From contig OZ316775.1 of assembly GCA_973851085.1 (NCBI GenBank), forward strand, positions 21,390,001 through 21,454,000: a stretch of 64,000 nt of DNA. Direction: 5' to 3'. The stretch is from Ptychomitrium polyphyllum (Eukaryota). Of the stretch, positions 39,165 to 52,500 are shown one piece after another. Within the stretch, counting starts at the first letter, position 1, and every line of letters starts with the position of its first letter. Below the pieces are notes generated by a model. That model ran no database searches. It was not told the DNA's origin and saw only the letters and a list, made by a program, of their open reading frames with translations. The position numbers and the translations under genes are program-made.

Positions 39165-42100
39165 CTAAGGAGTAGTCAATTCGTGCCTAGCTGTGTCCAC
39201 CGAGTGTGATTCTTCACGCGTGTTTGTACCCACCTCTGCATTCTCGACAGCAGCCATCTTCACCAGTTTCTTCTTCTTCGATCTGCTTCCCGGCTTGCAA
39301 CGCAGCTTGTCGAGGTGATGGTCGCATAGTTGGTACCCGGGTTTGGCCAAGAGGGGGCACACCCACCCCTTCCCGTCGGTCCTATTGCACTGGTTGCCGA
39401 GGTTCTCAGCATTTTCTTGCTTCATGTACTTGAGCTTTTTCGGACGCCCAGTTCGCACAGGTTTACTTCTTGCTTCTGTCTCCGCTTCCGATGCTTCACG
39501 CACAGCACGTTTCCTTTTCTTTCTAATTGAGGGACCTTCGTCCTCACTACTAACCAACGCTTTGCTGTCATCCACTGAACTCGACTCACTTAGTCTCTCT
39601 CTTCCGGACCTGATGCTCTGCAAAGAATCCTCCTCTTGCAAATTTGGTCGGGATTCTTCACCTGTAATGTTTTGCTCTGAGTCGATTACTGCAGTGCAAA
39701 GAGCAAACTTCCCCTCCCCTACTTCCATATAGTAGGGAGAATTGCGCAAGAGCTTAGCAATGCGTCTGCTGGATTGAACTGCACCTTCTTCGACACCAGC
39801 TAACCGTTGTTCCATTATGTTGGACATTGCTTCCCGAGCAGTAAGGCCTGCCTTGCCAGCTCGCGACAGTACTGTGTAGAGAGAAAATCCCAGGCTTTCC
39901 TTCATCTGCTGCGCTGGGTGGTCTGGCGATAAAGGGGGTGTCGGTCGAAGATCTTGCTCTTTATCTGCAACTAAAATTCGAGTACACAATTCAGTCAGGT
40001 GAATCACACAACTGTCCCTCGAATTCTAAAGCAAATTAAACCTTCGTATCAAGTTAATCTATTTCTTTACTAAAGTAGCTGAATTTAGGGCTCGCATTAT
40101 CTCAAGAACAAGCCAACTATAGTGATGGAACGTAATATATAAGGAATCAAGACAAGTAAGGCGTTAAAAATCAGAAAGATCTAGAAAGGGAATAATTTAA
40201 GAGAGCAATTTAAGATGTAAACATTGAACGAGCTAAAACAATATATTCTGAGGTGAAGAAGGAAACTAAGGAGTAATTATTCGTACCAATAGACGAGCGG
40301 ATTCTCATCTTCCTGCTAGACCTGTCCAAAACCACGGTAACGAGGCTCAACAAACTTACAAAGAAGATATTAAACAGAGTCAATTCGTCAGAACAGAAGA
40401 TAGATCAAAACCTACTAGCATTGATAAGTGTTATTCCGTACAATCGACGTACTAGGCCAAAACAGGCGTTCTCAGTCTTACAGCCACATCACGTGCAAAT
40501 CAAGACAATGTCTCATATTCCACCATAAGATGGATGGATAAAAGACCTCCGTTGTGGAGTCTCCGTGGGAGACTCTTGAACAGAGGCGGCTTGAGAAAGA
40601 GCTCCATGTCTCGTGCCTACAGACTTCGCAATCTGAAGGACAAAGATTTGAAAGAGTTAGAACGACAAATTTCTCACTAAGGGTAAAGAAGAAAAGTGAT
40701 TTAGTCCCCGACAATAGAGACCTGATCCATAGACTCCTGTGGAACGGATAGTGTATGATCGTGCACCAGATCCAAGCTGAGCCGCGTCCCCTAGCATTTC
40801 AGCTGGTAAGTCTGGAAAAAAATGATTACGTCTTACCGGGTCTGTATGCTTAAGCTAAGGAATTTCGTCACAATGTCAAGGGCTAGTTGTAAAAATATAA
40901 GCGGACCGTAAGTCCTTGGACTGCATGATATATAGACATACATGAAAAGGGCTCCCATGTCCAGATTTCTCCTGCAAGGCATGCCAGAAAGGGAATCGCC
41001 TCCAGGGCACATGTCTTTGCTCTGCATACAGCATTCTAGCCAAAGATTAATATGCTGTATCTTGCACCGCATTGAGACAGTGTGACTAATCCGTGAGTCC
41101 CATTACAGGTTTGCTCTCATCCGTGTGCATATTTACAAGCTCTACGAAGGCACGTCCAGCAACTTCCTTCAGTCTTATAGTAAGACAGGTAAGCACTCAA
41201 CACTTGGCACATTCCCATCATGCATACACACTGAAGAAGAAAGGTAAGGTCAACGGTATCTCCAGTTCCGCAACTGAACACTACTAGAACTACAGATCGT
41301 GACTATTGTGCCTAAAGCACACTTGCCAGCCGAAATTACTTACAGATTCCAAATTTTGACTACAGTTTGAACTCATGCCAAGCTCCTCAGCAAACGAAGA
41401 GCAAGTTGGTGAAATTCATCAGCTTTCGTAAGTTCAAAAATCTTGTTTTTCAACATAACAAAGCGCCAAGATAGGTAATATTTGCATAAGGGGAACATCT
41501 CTGAACGAACATAGATTGCTGAACTTACTGAGGCTGAATAGTCTCCAGGACTAACATGGCGCTGCTCGAATACAGGTTCACCGGTGGCAGGCTGGCACGA
41601 AACATCAGTTATCTCATGATTTAGAGGTTTTTTTAAATTTGTCCCTGCATACAAGGATTATGTCGCTAAGAATGCACGAAAGCAGAAGCAGTGGCAATAA
41701 TTCTCCTACGATTAACGAAACGTAGTGGACAACTGTACAGAAACGCAGTCGACAAGTGTGCGAAAGCCAGTGTGTAATACCTGCAAAGTCTTTCTTACCG
41801 GAAGACTCGCCATATCCTCTCTCAACTTCAGATGACTCCAAGCTATCCCGCATCCACGAAGTGTTCCTTGCCTGCCCCAAATAGCTCGATGGTTTCGTTA
41901 GCGGGCGTCGCTCCTCTCTCTTCTGTTTGTCGTCCTTGATTAACAAACGATCTAAAACTTCAGGCCCCTGTGATTGCATGCCCGAAGCCTCCGAAGACTT
42001 CTCGGTGAAGGCATCAATTCTGTCCTTGGCTCGCTCTGCTGCACCAGGGAGGCTGGCATCGCTCTGCAGCTGAATGTTAAACTTTTCATTCCCATAAGCG

Positions 42101-42657
42101 AGTGAAGCCGGCACAGAGCTACCATCATGCGAGACTAAAGCAGGACGACGAGACCGAACACTCAAGTGTTTGGAACTTGACTCCGAACAGACAGAACTAT
42201 GTCTCACCAAGTGATGAGCTTGCAAATCTACACCGTCCACCATATGGTTTAGGTCTCCCCCTTCCACAAGTTCCTCACTACGAGTACTTTTACTACCGTC
42301 GTCTTTCTTTGTTAGAGAACTTACAAAATCCTCTAAATTGGAGTAAGGCTCTAATTCGGTGAAGCCTTTGGAATGCCGCAATTTGTCTAGCCATGTGAAC
42401 GCAGAGCGAGACGTGGAATCTACTCTTTCAATCCCACGTGGCACTTGTAGACGTGCTCCTGGCCCACTTCCTTCATCTAGTCCATCTTCTACTTCCGCGA
42501 GACTATCCGTTTGCACAGTCTCGCCCGGCTTCTCCTTCACTCCTCTGGAGCTCAACGCGAGCTCAGACTGTTCTTGGCTCCCAGGGTCAGGACGTTGTGC
42601 CCCTGAAGAGGACTCTCCTCCCAAGTTTCCCCTCGGCTGATGCTTGCGGATACGCAT
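39165..42657 (-). CDS. Multi-exon nuclear protein with a putative HARE-HTH domain and a C-terminal WRC (C3H) zinc finger
   Basis: Long first exon (42657-41781) and last exon (~39970-39165), with small internal exons near 41.6, 40.8, 40.6 and 40.3 kb. WRC: CNRTDGKGWVC-x9-CDHH. Winged-helix-like segment SLGFSLYTVLSRAGKAGLTAREAM...IAKLLRNSPYYMEVGEGKFAL. Basic NLS-like runs RKKRKR and SKKKK. Internal exon borders are approximate. Confidence 0.8.
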
Positions 42658-45600
42658 CTTCTGTGCTTACCTGCAACAGCTGTCACAGATTCCGTCACGA
42701 AGTTGTAGCATGCGATGATCTTTCACACCGCAACAATGATTCCCTGCCATCCAAACTCCAAGGAAGACCAGATCAGAGGTCTAAAGCAAATTGAAAGGGA
42801 ATATTCCGACTTCAGCTTCATGTTTCTACCACTTTGGCGGATTCCTACGTCTCACAATTAGGAAGTGCTTGCACATTTCAGCTACTCATGTACTGTGACT
42901 TAATAAGCTAAATCCGTAAACAATGAACTTTGAACAACACTGAAGCTACAAATGACTTCAGGAAAGGAAGAGGCGTGAGCTGCTCTCCAGTACTCAGCAG
43001 AGCCCAGAATCGATTCTCATGGTTAAACAGTTAACAGGTGAGTAGCTCCAATACTTGTCATAAGAGATTTGAGGAGAGCAATACAGCGGATATAAAACAC
43101 ACAGACTACACTACTACGATCACTCAGCATCTGAATGGCGCTGTTACGCGAAGATAAGATGTCTGACCTAATGATCAGGAACCTGTATGGACTGGACTGG
43201 AGCGCTAAGATATAGGGGTATGTTGCACTACAAGCAGCAAAACTGTAGCTGCAGCTCAAGCGAGTCAATGCCCAAACATCTCTTACCTGCTGCATCAGTC
43301 AATAAAAGTCCTGAATCATTGGCCTATATCACGAAGTGTACTACACCATGGCCTAAAGTTTTCGACTGACTGAGTCCCTGACAGAATTCGGGCAGAAAAA
43401 AATTTGACACTTACAACGAAGTCTTGTGGCTAAACTCAGAGTTGATATGAACTTACAAAGCTTACGAATAAAGGCAGCAGTGGATTGAATCGCAAGAGCA
43501 ATCTCCGACGGTTCTTCCACTTCGCCACTTTGACTAAACGAGTTCGGGACTCAAGTACGTCCTCCTAGAAGCAGACAGCACGAACGATAGTCAAGAAAGA
43601 TCGCAATCGCACAATGGTGCAGTGTGAGTGACTACGGCAATCGCCGGTTGACACCAAAATTAGATGCAAAAAATTTGACAGACACGAAGAAGTGATTGCA
43701 TGGGCCCAACGCTTTGGCTTTTCAAGAGTTCAAAAACTATCTAACAAGTGGCGATGCCACATGGCGCGCTAAGGTTACAGCGTAATATGTTATTCACACT
43801 AGCTCAAGGCTTTTCTGAGTAGATGCCTCGGAGTCTGGGTTTACCCAATACAAGTGGCCCCAGCAAGTAGGCAGTGAGTTGGCGGCACTGGTAAGGCGGC
43901 AACATGCAATTGCTCTGCGCTGAGGATGTCGGGGACTCGTTACACATGACTCCCCGCCGACCAGCTTCGTCATCGCAGGAGAATTGGACTTTTTGCACAC
44001 CCATATTCTACCTTTTCAGTTCCTGCAAGAGAAAAGCGTAAAAGAATATCTAAAAAATAAATATCTGATCCGGTACAGTTCAGAACATATGCAAAAACAC
44101 CAAAGGCGACACCAAACCCTAGACTGGCCAACGCGGTTGCAATCTGGAACGCAAAGGCAGGTCCCCTGCGAAACTGGTTGCAGATTGGAGGCACACGTGT
44201 TGCCAGCCTTGCCAGTCTCGCTTGCATGTAGACGTGCTTTAGGCTCCCTCCGTGCTTCGGCGCATATGCAGCGGCCAGTTTCTCAAATTTGATGGCTACC
44301 CACTTCCCTCATTAGAAATCCTATCTCCGCTTTGCCACTGCCCCCTTTTCTGTTTGGGGGCTGAGATGCTGCTTCAACCTCTATCACTGGACCAGTCATT
44401 GTGTATCTGAGAAACTAACTATCCACAACAAATTGAGCCTCTATTCTACATCTGACGAGGGGGCAACTGAACAAAGCTCCAGAAGCTCCAGAAGTTGGAG
44501 CTCCAGGAAAGGAAGAGAATGAAGGTGGCTGTTAGCAGCGAGTCAAACGACTAGCTTGATACCTCCAGACCTTGATAACGGCCAAAGGATCATTTTTAGG
44601 GTTAGACATGCGAGAGGCGGGTGATGCTGCGCATGCGGTCGCACGAAGCTCCTGTTTATATAGGTGATGGACCTGTATTTTCTGGTACATTGTTTCGGGT
44701 CGACATTATCATTACTAATTTGGTTGGATCGCCAATAGCAGAGCAGTCTCCGGCAAGTGGGTTGATGAAGCTTTGGGGGCAGCCTCGGAGTCGATAAGGC
44801 AAAATCTCTTTTGTCAGAATCTCAGATTTGTTCACAACTCCACAGTTTTAATAATGTCACACCCTGGGAGACTGAGACTCAGGAGTCAGGAGAAAAGTTG
44901 TGTTCCTGAGGAGGCCAATGATGTTCTCTCTTCTTCCAAGGTTCCAGCTTAGACTTAACTCCTGGGTGCTTTGACTCCTCTTGCCAGATTTTCGTTAGGC
45001 GAAACGCGGGTTCAGTAAACAGAGGTGCACTTTTTGTTCCAGGAGTTAAGTACGGAGCCACAACGGTCGTCTACTTTCTTTGCTGTTTCGTATCACCTTT
45101 CTTCGTGGATTCGTATCACCATGCCAAAAACCTCTCTTGTACGGTGTACCCATGTGCAAAAAGAGAATCCCATAGTTCACATTTTTAGTCCAGTGACAGC
45201 TTAAATAACAATTATAGATATTCTCACGTTCTGGACCGCTTTCAATTACTATACCTCCAATCGAATCCCAATGAGATACATGGCTTGCAACTGTCACAGA
45301 GTGCTCCAGACGGGCTCCAGGCTGACGAGATGGTATCACCTCCGCAACGCCAGTGCCGCATCTGAGCCGTGACCGTTCAGAAATAATCTGCTCTACACAT
45401 CATCTCCTCTGAACAGCACCAGATGTAAGTTTCTGCACGAGATGATGCACACTTTGGACTCTGCAAACTCTTCAGATACCCGCTGAATCGTGATCCAATG
45501 TTCAGAATATGATTCGATCGTACATCATATCCTAATAAGATGAATTGAAAAATCATATTTCGTGGTGTATATACTTTTGATCCTTCACTGTTACACAGTG

Positions 45601-47058
45601 ACCCTCATTACAGCATAGCACACGCACCATTGCAAGGAAGAACTCATTAAAAGAAAACCTTTGTTCTTAACCAAACCAACACTTTCAGTTTAATATAACC
45701 AGCGGCAGCTACAGCAACGACATGATACTCTACGCACCTCGGAAGGGATGCTTAAAAGTTGAACCCTAGCTGGGTTCAACGGTTCAATCTATGCTTGCTT
45801 CAAACCCTAGCCCGGTCAATCAACTTCCTATTCATCATGGAATGAATGGGCGAAAGCTCTTGCAAGTGCGTCGTTACTGAGGACTGATATTTTCTAATAC
45901 TGGAATGCCAAAAAGGAGTCATCATGGGGACACTTTTGCCATCAACTTCAGGAATCAGTACTTAGTCTGGGACATAACTTAAACAGAAATTATGTACCAG
46001 ACAATGGGGCTGACCTGGACTAGTTCAGTAGGTACTAGGGAGAGGATAAAGGTAGACCTGTGCACCTACCGTAATCTTCAATCTTTTGAAGTATCATTTA
46101 GAAAGGAAAAAAAGTGTATGCTCATATTAAAGCAGTATGTTTTCATATATATGCACTTTTCTTCTAATATTGTAATCTTGCATTCCTACTTTGCAAAAGC
46201 CTCTTATATTGAGATGCACAGACAAAATGCCAAAATTCCAATTCAGACCTTTTAATTTAATGTTGCTGCCTCTGCAACTTTGAGCCGGTTAATTGTTTTC
46301 TATACTCGATCTGGTTGTGTTTACTTTTCATCTCTACATCCTGAACTCTGAGCCTACGTATATGTCAAATTTTGCACTGGTTAAAGATACCTTCAACAGC
46401 TGTAACATTCGGGCATTTTCAGACCCTTCTTCCATATAGAGTCAGTCTGGTGGAAGCATAAACGAAATAAAAACTCTCCTGGATCTGATGGACACCAAAA
46501 GGAGGTGAGCGGAGAAGTAAGGAAGCTGGCTCTAGTGATGATTGGTAGTTTTCTTGATTGGAGGCTTAGTATTTCCAGGGTTCTAATTTTTGGTGCCTCA
46601 TTACGATACACATGGAAATGGAAACACAAATGTATTTTCAGCTCCTGTTACACTCATCCCACTAACACACAGAAGCCTTGATGCCTTTATATGATGATAT
46701 GTGAACGGTAAATGGTAGCTGAGATATCTTGAAACGGTAGCAGATAATGTATAACCAGGAACAAGTTACTTCACTGTGGAACAAGCACTATATATCACAG
46801 ATGATATATGGATTATTAATTTGCATTACACTAAACCTCCCATTCTGCAGAAACTCACAAGTAGTGGACAACATGTGGGAGCACAGTTACTTCATATACT
46901 ATCCACTACTTGCGCCCAAGAAGTGCCAGTAACTTCCAGAGCACAAACACTAAGCATAGATGAAAATGCGTGAAGCCAAGCCTGTCTGAAATCCATTTTT
47001 GGTGTTACACGAACTTCTTCAGACCAAGCAGTGGTCATAATATCAATGTTATGAACCA

Positions 47059-47110
47059 CAAGCTCTCTGCTATCAAGCTCTCTGCTATCAAGCTCTCTGC
47101 TATCAAGCTC
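47059..47110. repeat. 15-bp perfect tandem repeat (CAAGCTCTCTGCTAT) x3.5
   Basis: Directly visible. Confidence 0.9.
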
Positions 47111-49493
47111 ATACACCAACTTAGAACTTGGTATCTCAAAAGCATACCATAAATTTCATGACAATCGTTGTCACATCCTAGTTCTCATGAACTGAATAAA
47201 AAAATGCATGATGTAGTAACTTCATATTATACGACAGATTAACATAATAATTGAGCTGAGTATCAAGTGCATGAAGTGCATTTTCTTTGCTCATCTTCAT
47301 AATTCAAAAATATGTTGCAGCATATCTTACACATAAGGTTTTATAACAATGAAGGAAAACTATACAAGATTTAATGCATGGATGTAATTCATTCCAAATA
47401 AAGATGAGTTTTGTTTCAAATGTTTAATAAAACAAAATAATCTCTTACAATAACTATGATCAATCTACCTCGTACAATAAATTAATACATTACAATATAA
47501 AAATTTAGTCATAATAATAATATAATAATGATAATATAATCAAATTAATCATAATTTTCCTACTTTGTTAAGTAACTATATCATATGATTTGATTATATT
47601 ATGTGATAAATCTCAATATTCAAAGCCATTTTATTTTTATATATATGTGTAATGTAATAACCAAGTTATGAATTAAATGCTATTGTCAAAAAAATTTATA
47701 TGTTTTTATCATTTTCAATCTATAATATTCAAACCAAATTTAATATGCATCCTTGTTATCTAGATTAGCATTAAAGTTGTTTTAAACTTCTTTCCATATG
47801 TAATAATTCATATGATCAAGTAGAATGATAACAGTGATTGTGATGAAAACAATGTTGATTGTTTTGTTTCATCAGATAACTTAAGGCAAACATACATTCT
47901 TATCTTAATAAATCATTTCCAATGATTTAAAACTATTTGGTAGCTTCCTTTGTTGTAAGAGACCATATAGCAAAAAAACATATATATGAATAACTTACAA
48001 ATCTTTGAACTGATTTGCCACCCTTCAACCCTCGAGCTGATATGAACTTCATGTTTTCTACAACTTCATGGTTTCTGCAATTGTTGACCTTAGAACCCTC
48101 TCAAACACAAGCTTACTCATGATATACCACTAGTATGGAGAACACAAACAACAGACAAGAGAATTGGAGTAATCTTCGTCCGACCAAGCAGAACCATACA
48201 GCTAGTATGGAGCATATATTACAAATAACAGACAACAGATCTAGAGCGTTCTACCCATCAAGCAGTTCAACTCCAGTCCATCTCTATCAGGACTTCGTTG
48301 AAACAACTGCTCGTCGCTGGCTATTCTATCTCCATAAAACTACTGAATCATCGACTAGTATCTGATCAGCAGGTATATGAGGTACAAGAGCAGGCGGGTG
48401 TTTATATTGAATGTGCGCATCGCTTGAATGCCCAGTTTCCAGCCCAGCCGCTCTTTCATTTCTCGATCCAAGCAGCTAAGTCAAACAATTGATCAGCGGG
48501 TGATCAGTACCTGGTAAGGAAAACATTCATTCAGCAAGAATTTAGTATCGGACGATGAAAGCAGGAAGTTACCGGCATGCACGATTTACCGATTCAAGCT
48601 GTAACAATTCCGTCCCCACTTGGCCAATTCGAAGATGGCACTGTTACCAGCCAATTGTGAGTCCCTTGTGCCTACAATCCACCGCGTTGTGAAGGTCCTA
48701 GTATCACGAACGTAGCTTCACAGTGCTCTGACATCTGGCTGGAGACTATTGGGAACTCGCCTAGGAGTGCGGAATTTAGTTGAAGTTGAGTTATTACTGA
48801 GTGATAATACGAAAAAGGACTGCTCTAGGCCCTCATTTGTACGTGCTCGTGTTTAACTTTCCACAATGTAATCAAGAGGTACATAGATGCAGCGGTGAAT
48901 AATGTCCTACGACTAGACTGCTAGTCATGTCAGTAAACAGAAGAGATCTTAACCAGTACGATATCAAGCACTGACTAGACTATCAATTGAAGGGTGGGAA
49001 TCTTCCTCCACTGCGGAAAATAGACAATCTGCAGTGCTGCTCAAATCAATATGGAACAGGTGTTCAAGAGAATAAACTTCTCAGAAAATTCACACACTCA
49101 ACAGCTTAAATATCTGAACACGTGTCTTGACACGTGCACACAATTGACAGGATGAGTTATACCCTTGCTCTTGATGCTGAAGAACTTTCTGATGTCATTT
49201 AGATTGTGCTATAAGAACTTTTTTTAAGAAAAATACTTTGATCACTGCAAGCATCCGTTCAAAACGCTCCAGCGCAATGCTCAAGCGGCACTATCTAGGA
49301 AATTCGTAGACTTTACTAAAAAGGACATACATTACAGTAGATAACATCAGTTTTGTGTAGTGTCGCTCTTGGGCCTCATCTGGTGCCTGCAACCCCAAGC
49401 TTTCATAAATAAGATTCTTGTCACGATGAACTCCTGAACTTCTGTATAAGGTTGACTTCAACTAGCAGTTATAGAGTAATTCCCGGCAAAGAC

Positions 49494-49558
49494 GCATTTT
49501 TCACGTTGCAAGTTATAGCTACGTCGCTGCTTTCACTGATTTGCAACGTGAAAAATGC
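49494..49558. repeat. 18-bp perfect inverted repeat with a 29-nt spacer (miRNA-like hairpin)
   Basis: GCATTTTTCACGTTGCAA (49494-49511) and TTGCAACGTGAAAAATGC (49541-49558). Confidence 0.85.
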
Positions 49559-52500
49559 CGAGATTATTTTGTTGTTGCTACGTGACGCACACTACTAACT
49601 TAATGAAGAGAAGTGGCCTAGGACTCGTGTGAACTTGCATAACGTAAAATGTAGTGTTTTCATAGATATCCCAAGGCTATAGCAGATTTTTAAGGATATC
49701 TATTGTAATCATTAATTGACTCTATTTCTGAAATTTCGTAGGGCTCGGGGTAGGTCTGTACTACTGGGTGAAGATGCTAGCACTGGTTGGACAGAAGTGA
49801 AATGTTGTCGCTTTCGGCAAGTGGCGGTTTGTCAGAATTTTACGTCGCTCAAGCTGCACCGCTTTCGAGAGTCCAGTAATTTCAACGACGTTCTTCACAC
49901 CTTTTGACACGTCAATTTTGTAATACTTGGTACATAGCCTCAGAGTGAGCTTTCTGGCTCAGTAGCTTAATCCAAAGGTAAAAGGAAGCTCTGGCTTTAA
50001 TTGGACACTTTAGAAAATATTAACTGTTTGGTGATACAACTTTAGAGAACTCTTGTCAAAAGCACCTCCTTTGGACTCTGAACTTAATTGTACCAAAGAA
50101 TCTTTTAGCGTTACAAGTTGCTTTAAGAGTTCCAAGTCAGATTTCAATGTGGAAGACTCAAGAGCATAATATGCTAACTTTGAGATCATGCACGTAAACT
50201 TTTCTGATTGGTGAGGAGATAAGCAAATGCATGCGGTACAGAGCAATTGGTGGATGCTCCTGCCGCCTTACAGGTTTTGCATGACAGACAAATATGAGTT
50301 CTGCACTAGACAATTGTCACTTAGGTATGTTGTCGACAGAACATCAAAATTCGAATTCGGCGGGACCATGCTGAAGCTTGAAAGAGAAGCTGCTTGAAAC
50401 TCTTAACATTGATATTCCTTGAGCGGCGATCGCAATCTGATTGATGAAAGCGAGAAGAGATGTTCATCGGACACGAACAATTCTACTGCGAAGTAACCAC
50501 GTCAAGCACTGCCCAGCCAGCCAGAACAGCATAGCTGAAGTACCTAGAAATGAAACATGCAGTATCTCAATGGAACTCAGTCAAGTGCATTATTCCATCC
50601 TGCACGACGCACGTGGACAGTGTATTGCTCATCGTACCGGGACTCTGATCTGCACCAACATGCAATGGTCTTGCATCATGATTATGCAAGGAAAAATATT
50701 CGTTCTGAACCTAAGACGTAATGTTCTCGGGTCGTTGCATCAAAGACCATTACCGCAGCCGTTCAGTTATAAGTTGCAACAGATTCAAGTCGTCTGCTGC
50801 AAGGCCTGCAGAACCTGAAGCATTGTATTAAGGCAGAGCGATACATAATAGTCACAGTTGGTCCTCTATAACTGTTTCGCTCATAAATGCTAGTTGCATC
50901 AAATACCCTCCAAATAGAGGAGACAAATGGTATTTTCATGTTCAGGTATACCACCCATGCCAATTACATGAGACACGTTGTCATCCAACCACTGCAACCA
51001 GCAGTAGAATACATGGCTTTGCAACAAACAATTGCCGCAATTTTATTTTTTTAAACCAACTTCTAACACCCATAATTATAATTATTTCTTTGTCCAACAA
51101 TTCAACCATTGTACTATCTTCTCTTTTGGTTTTTGTTTAATTTTAGTTACATGAATAATATAGTGTTAACCTCTCTTTGGAAAACAATGATTGTACATTT
51201 TTGGTTTATATTAGGTTTGACAAAGATATAAGATAATGAACATTATATTTATAAAAACGTTACATTTGAATGTGGTTTTTTTCCTCGTTCTTAATGAACA
51301 AATCATTAATGTACTTGTAGACCTTTTTATAAATATTTCTTTTTAAATTGGCCTTATTGGTATTTATGTGATCATCATTTATAACGTTTTCATATGTTAT
51401 GTAACGTTTTTATAAATTTTGTATCAATGAATAAGTAGTAGGATTGTCATATTAAACAAACATGACTTTAAACTAGTCCTTATTGCTTGGATATAAATAC
51501 GAACTTGTCTTAATTTCCATGACAAATAAGTTGTATAAAAGACAAAAATCTACTAAAAAATGATTTATATTTTATCTTAAATAATTCATCCTTTGAAATA
51601 TAGCAAATAGAACTTCTATGTAAATGTCTACAATGCATTTTATAAAAGGTATTTATAATTTTGAGGCACATGCATGAAATGCCAACAACAAGGCATAGGC
51701 GGCAAAGCAAGTGAAGTGTGGTGCAGGTGGAAGGGATGTGCTCTATAAAGGGGTTCAATTAAGACTACATGCATAACAATTACATGGCCTATTATGTGGA
51801 TGAAATAAGTTCAAATTCATCCTATTGAAGGTCAAATAGCTACAACCTATATTTAACTATTTATAGACAAATCAATCACTTATGGACAAATTAGACTTAT
51901 AAATTAAAAATAAAATCTAGGAATTATGTGAAATATTATTGGAAAGTCACCTACAATTACGACACATAAAAAACAACATGCAACAATTATACCATAATTA
52001 TAAATTTTATACTCTAATTTACATTTATGAATGTTGAATTAATATCGCCTTTTACATAAGTTTGAACAATTCTAAGTAGAAGCTATATCATCTGGCTGCC
52101 AATACAAGTGAGTGGATGCATATATTTATTTAAGGATTTTTTTGGTCGAAAATTAGTTGAATACATGTTCTATGTTTATATTTTCATTGGCAAAATAAAT
52201 ATTAAATTATTAAATCAATTAGGATTTTTTAAAATTTCAAAATCATCAACAGAGATGAATATTTTTGTATCTATGCAATATCTCATTTTTATTAAATGTG
52301 TATTAATTTATTTTTCATGAATATTACATAACACAAGTTACACAATATTGAAAATGGTATTTATCATTGGCACCATTTCTACCAAGTAATTATTACATTT
52401 ACAAATGCTATTTTTGAATTTCTAATATTTTTGAATTGCTCAATTATTACAATCCATTAATTATTACTATAGTTAATGTTCACTTTTACAAACATTGTAT

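Noticed and set aside
44879..47152. Scattered 60-97 aa ORFs and a 9-bp hairpin at ~45759-45780
   Set aside because: No recognisable domain or consistent exon chain, and the hairpin is within chance expectation.
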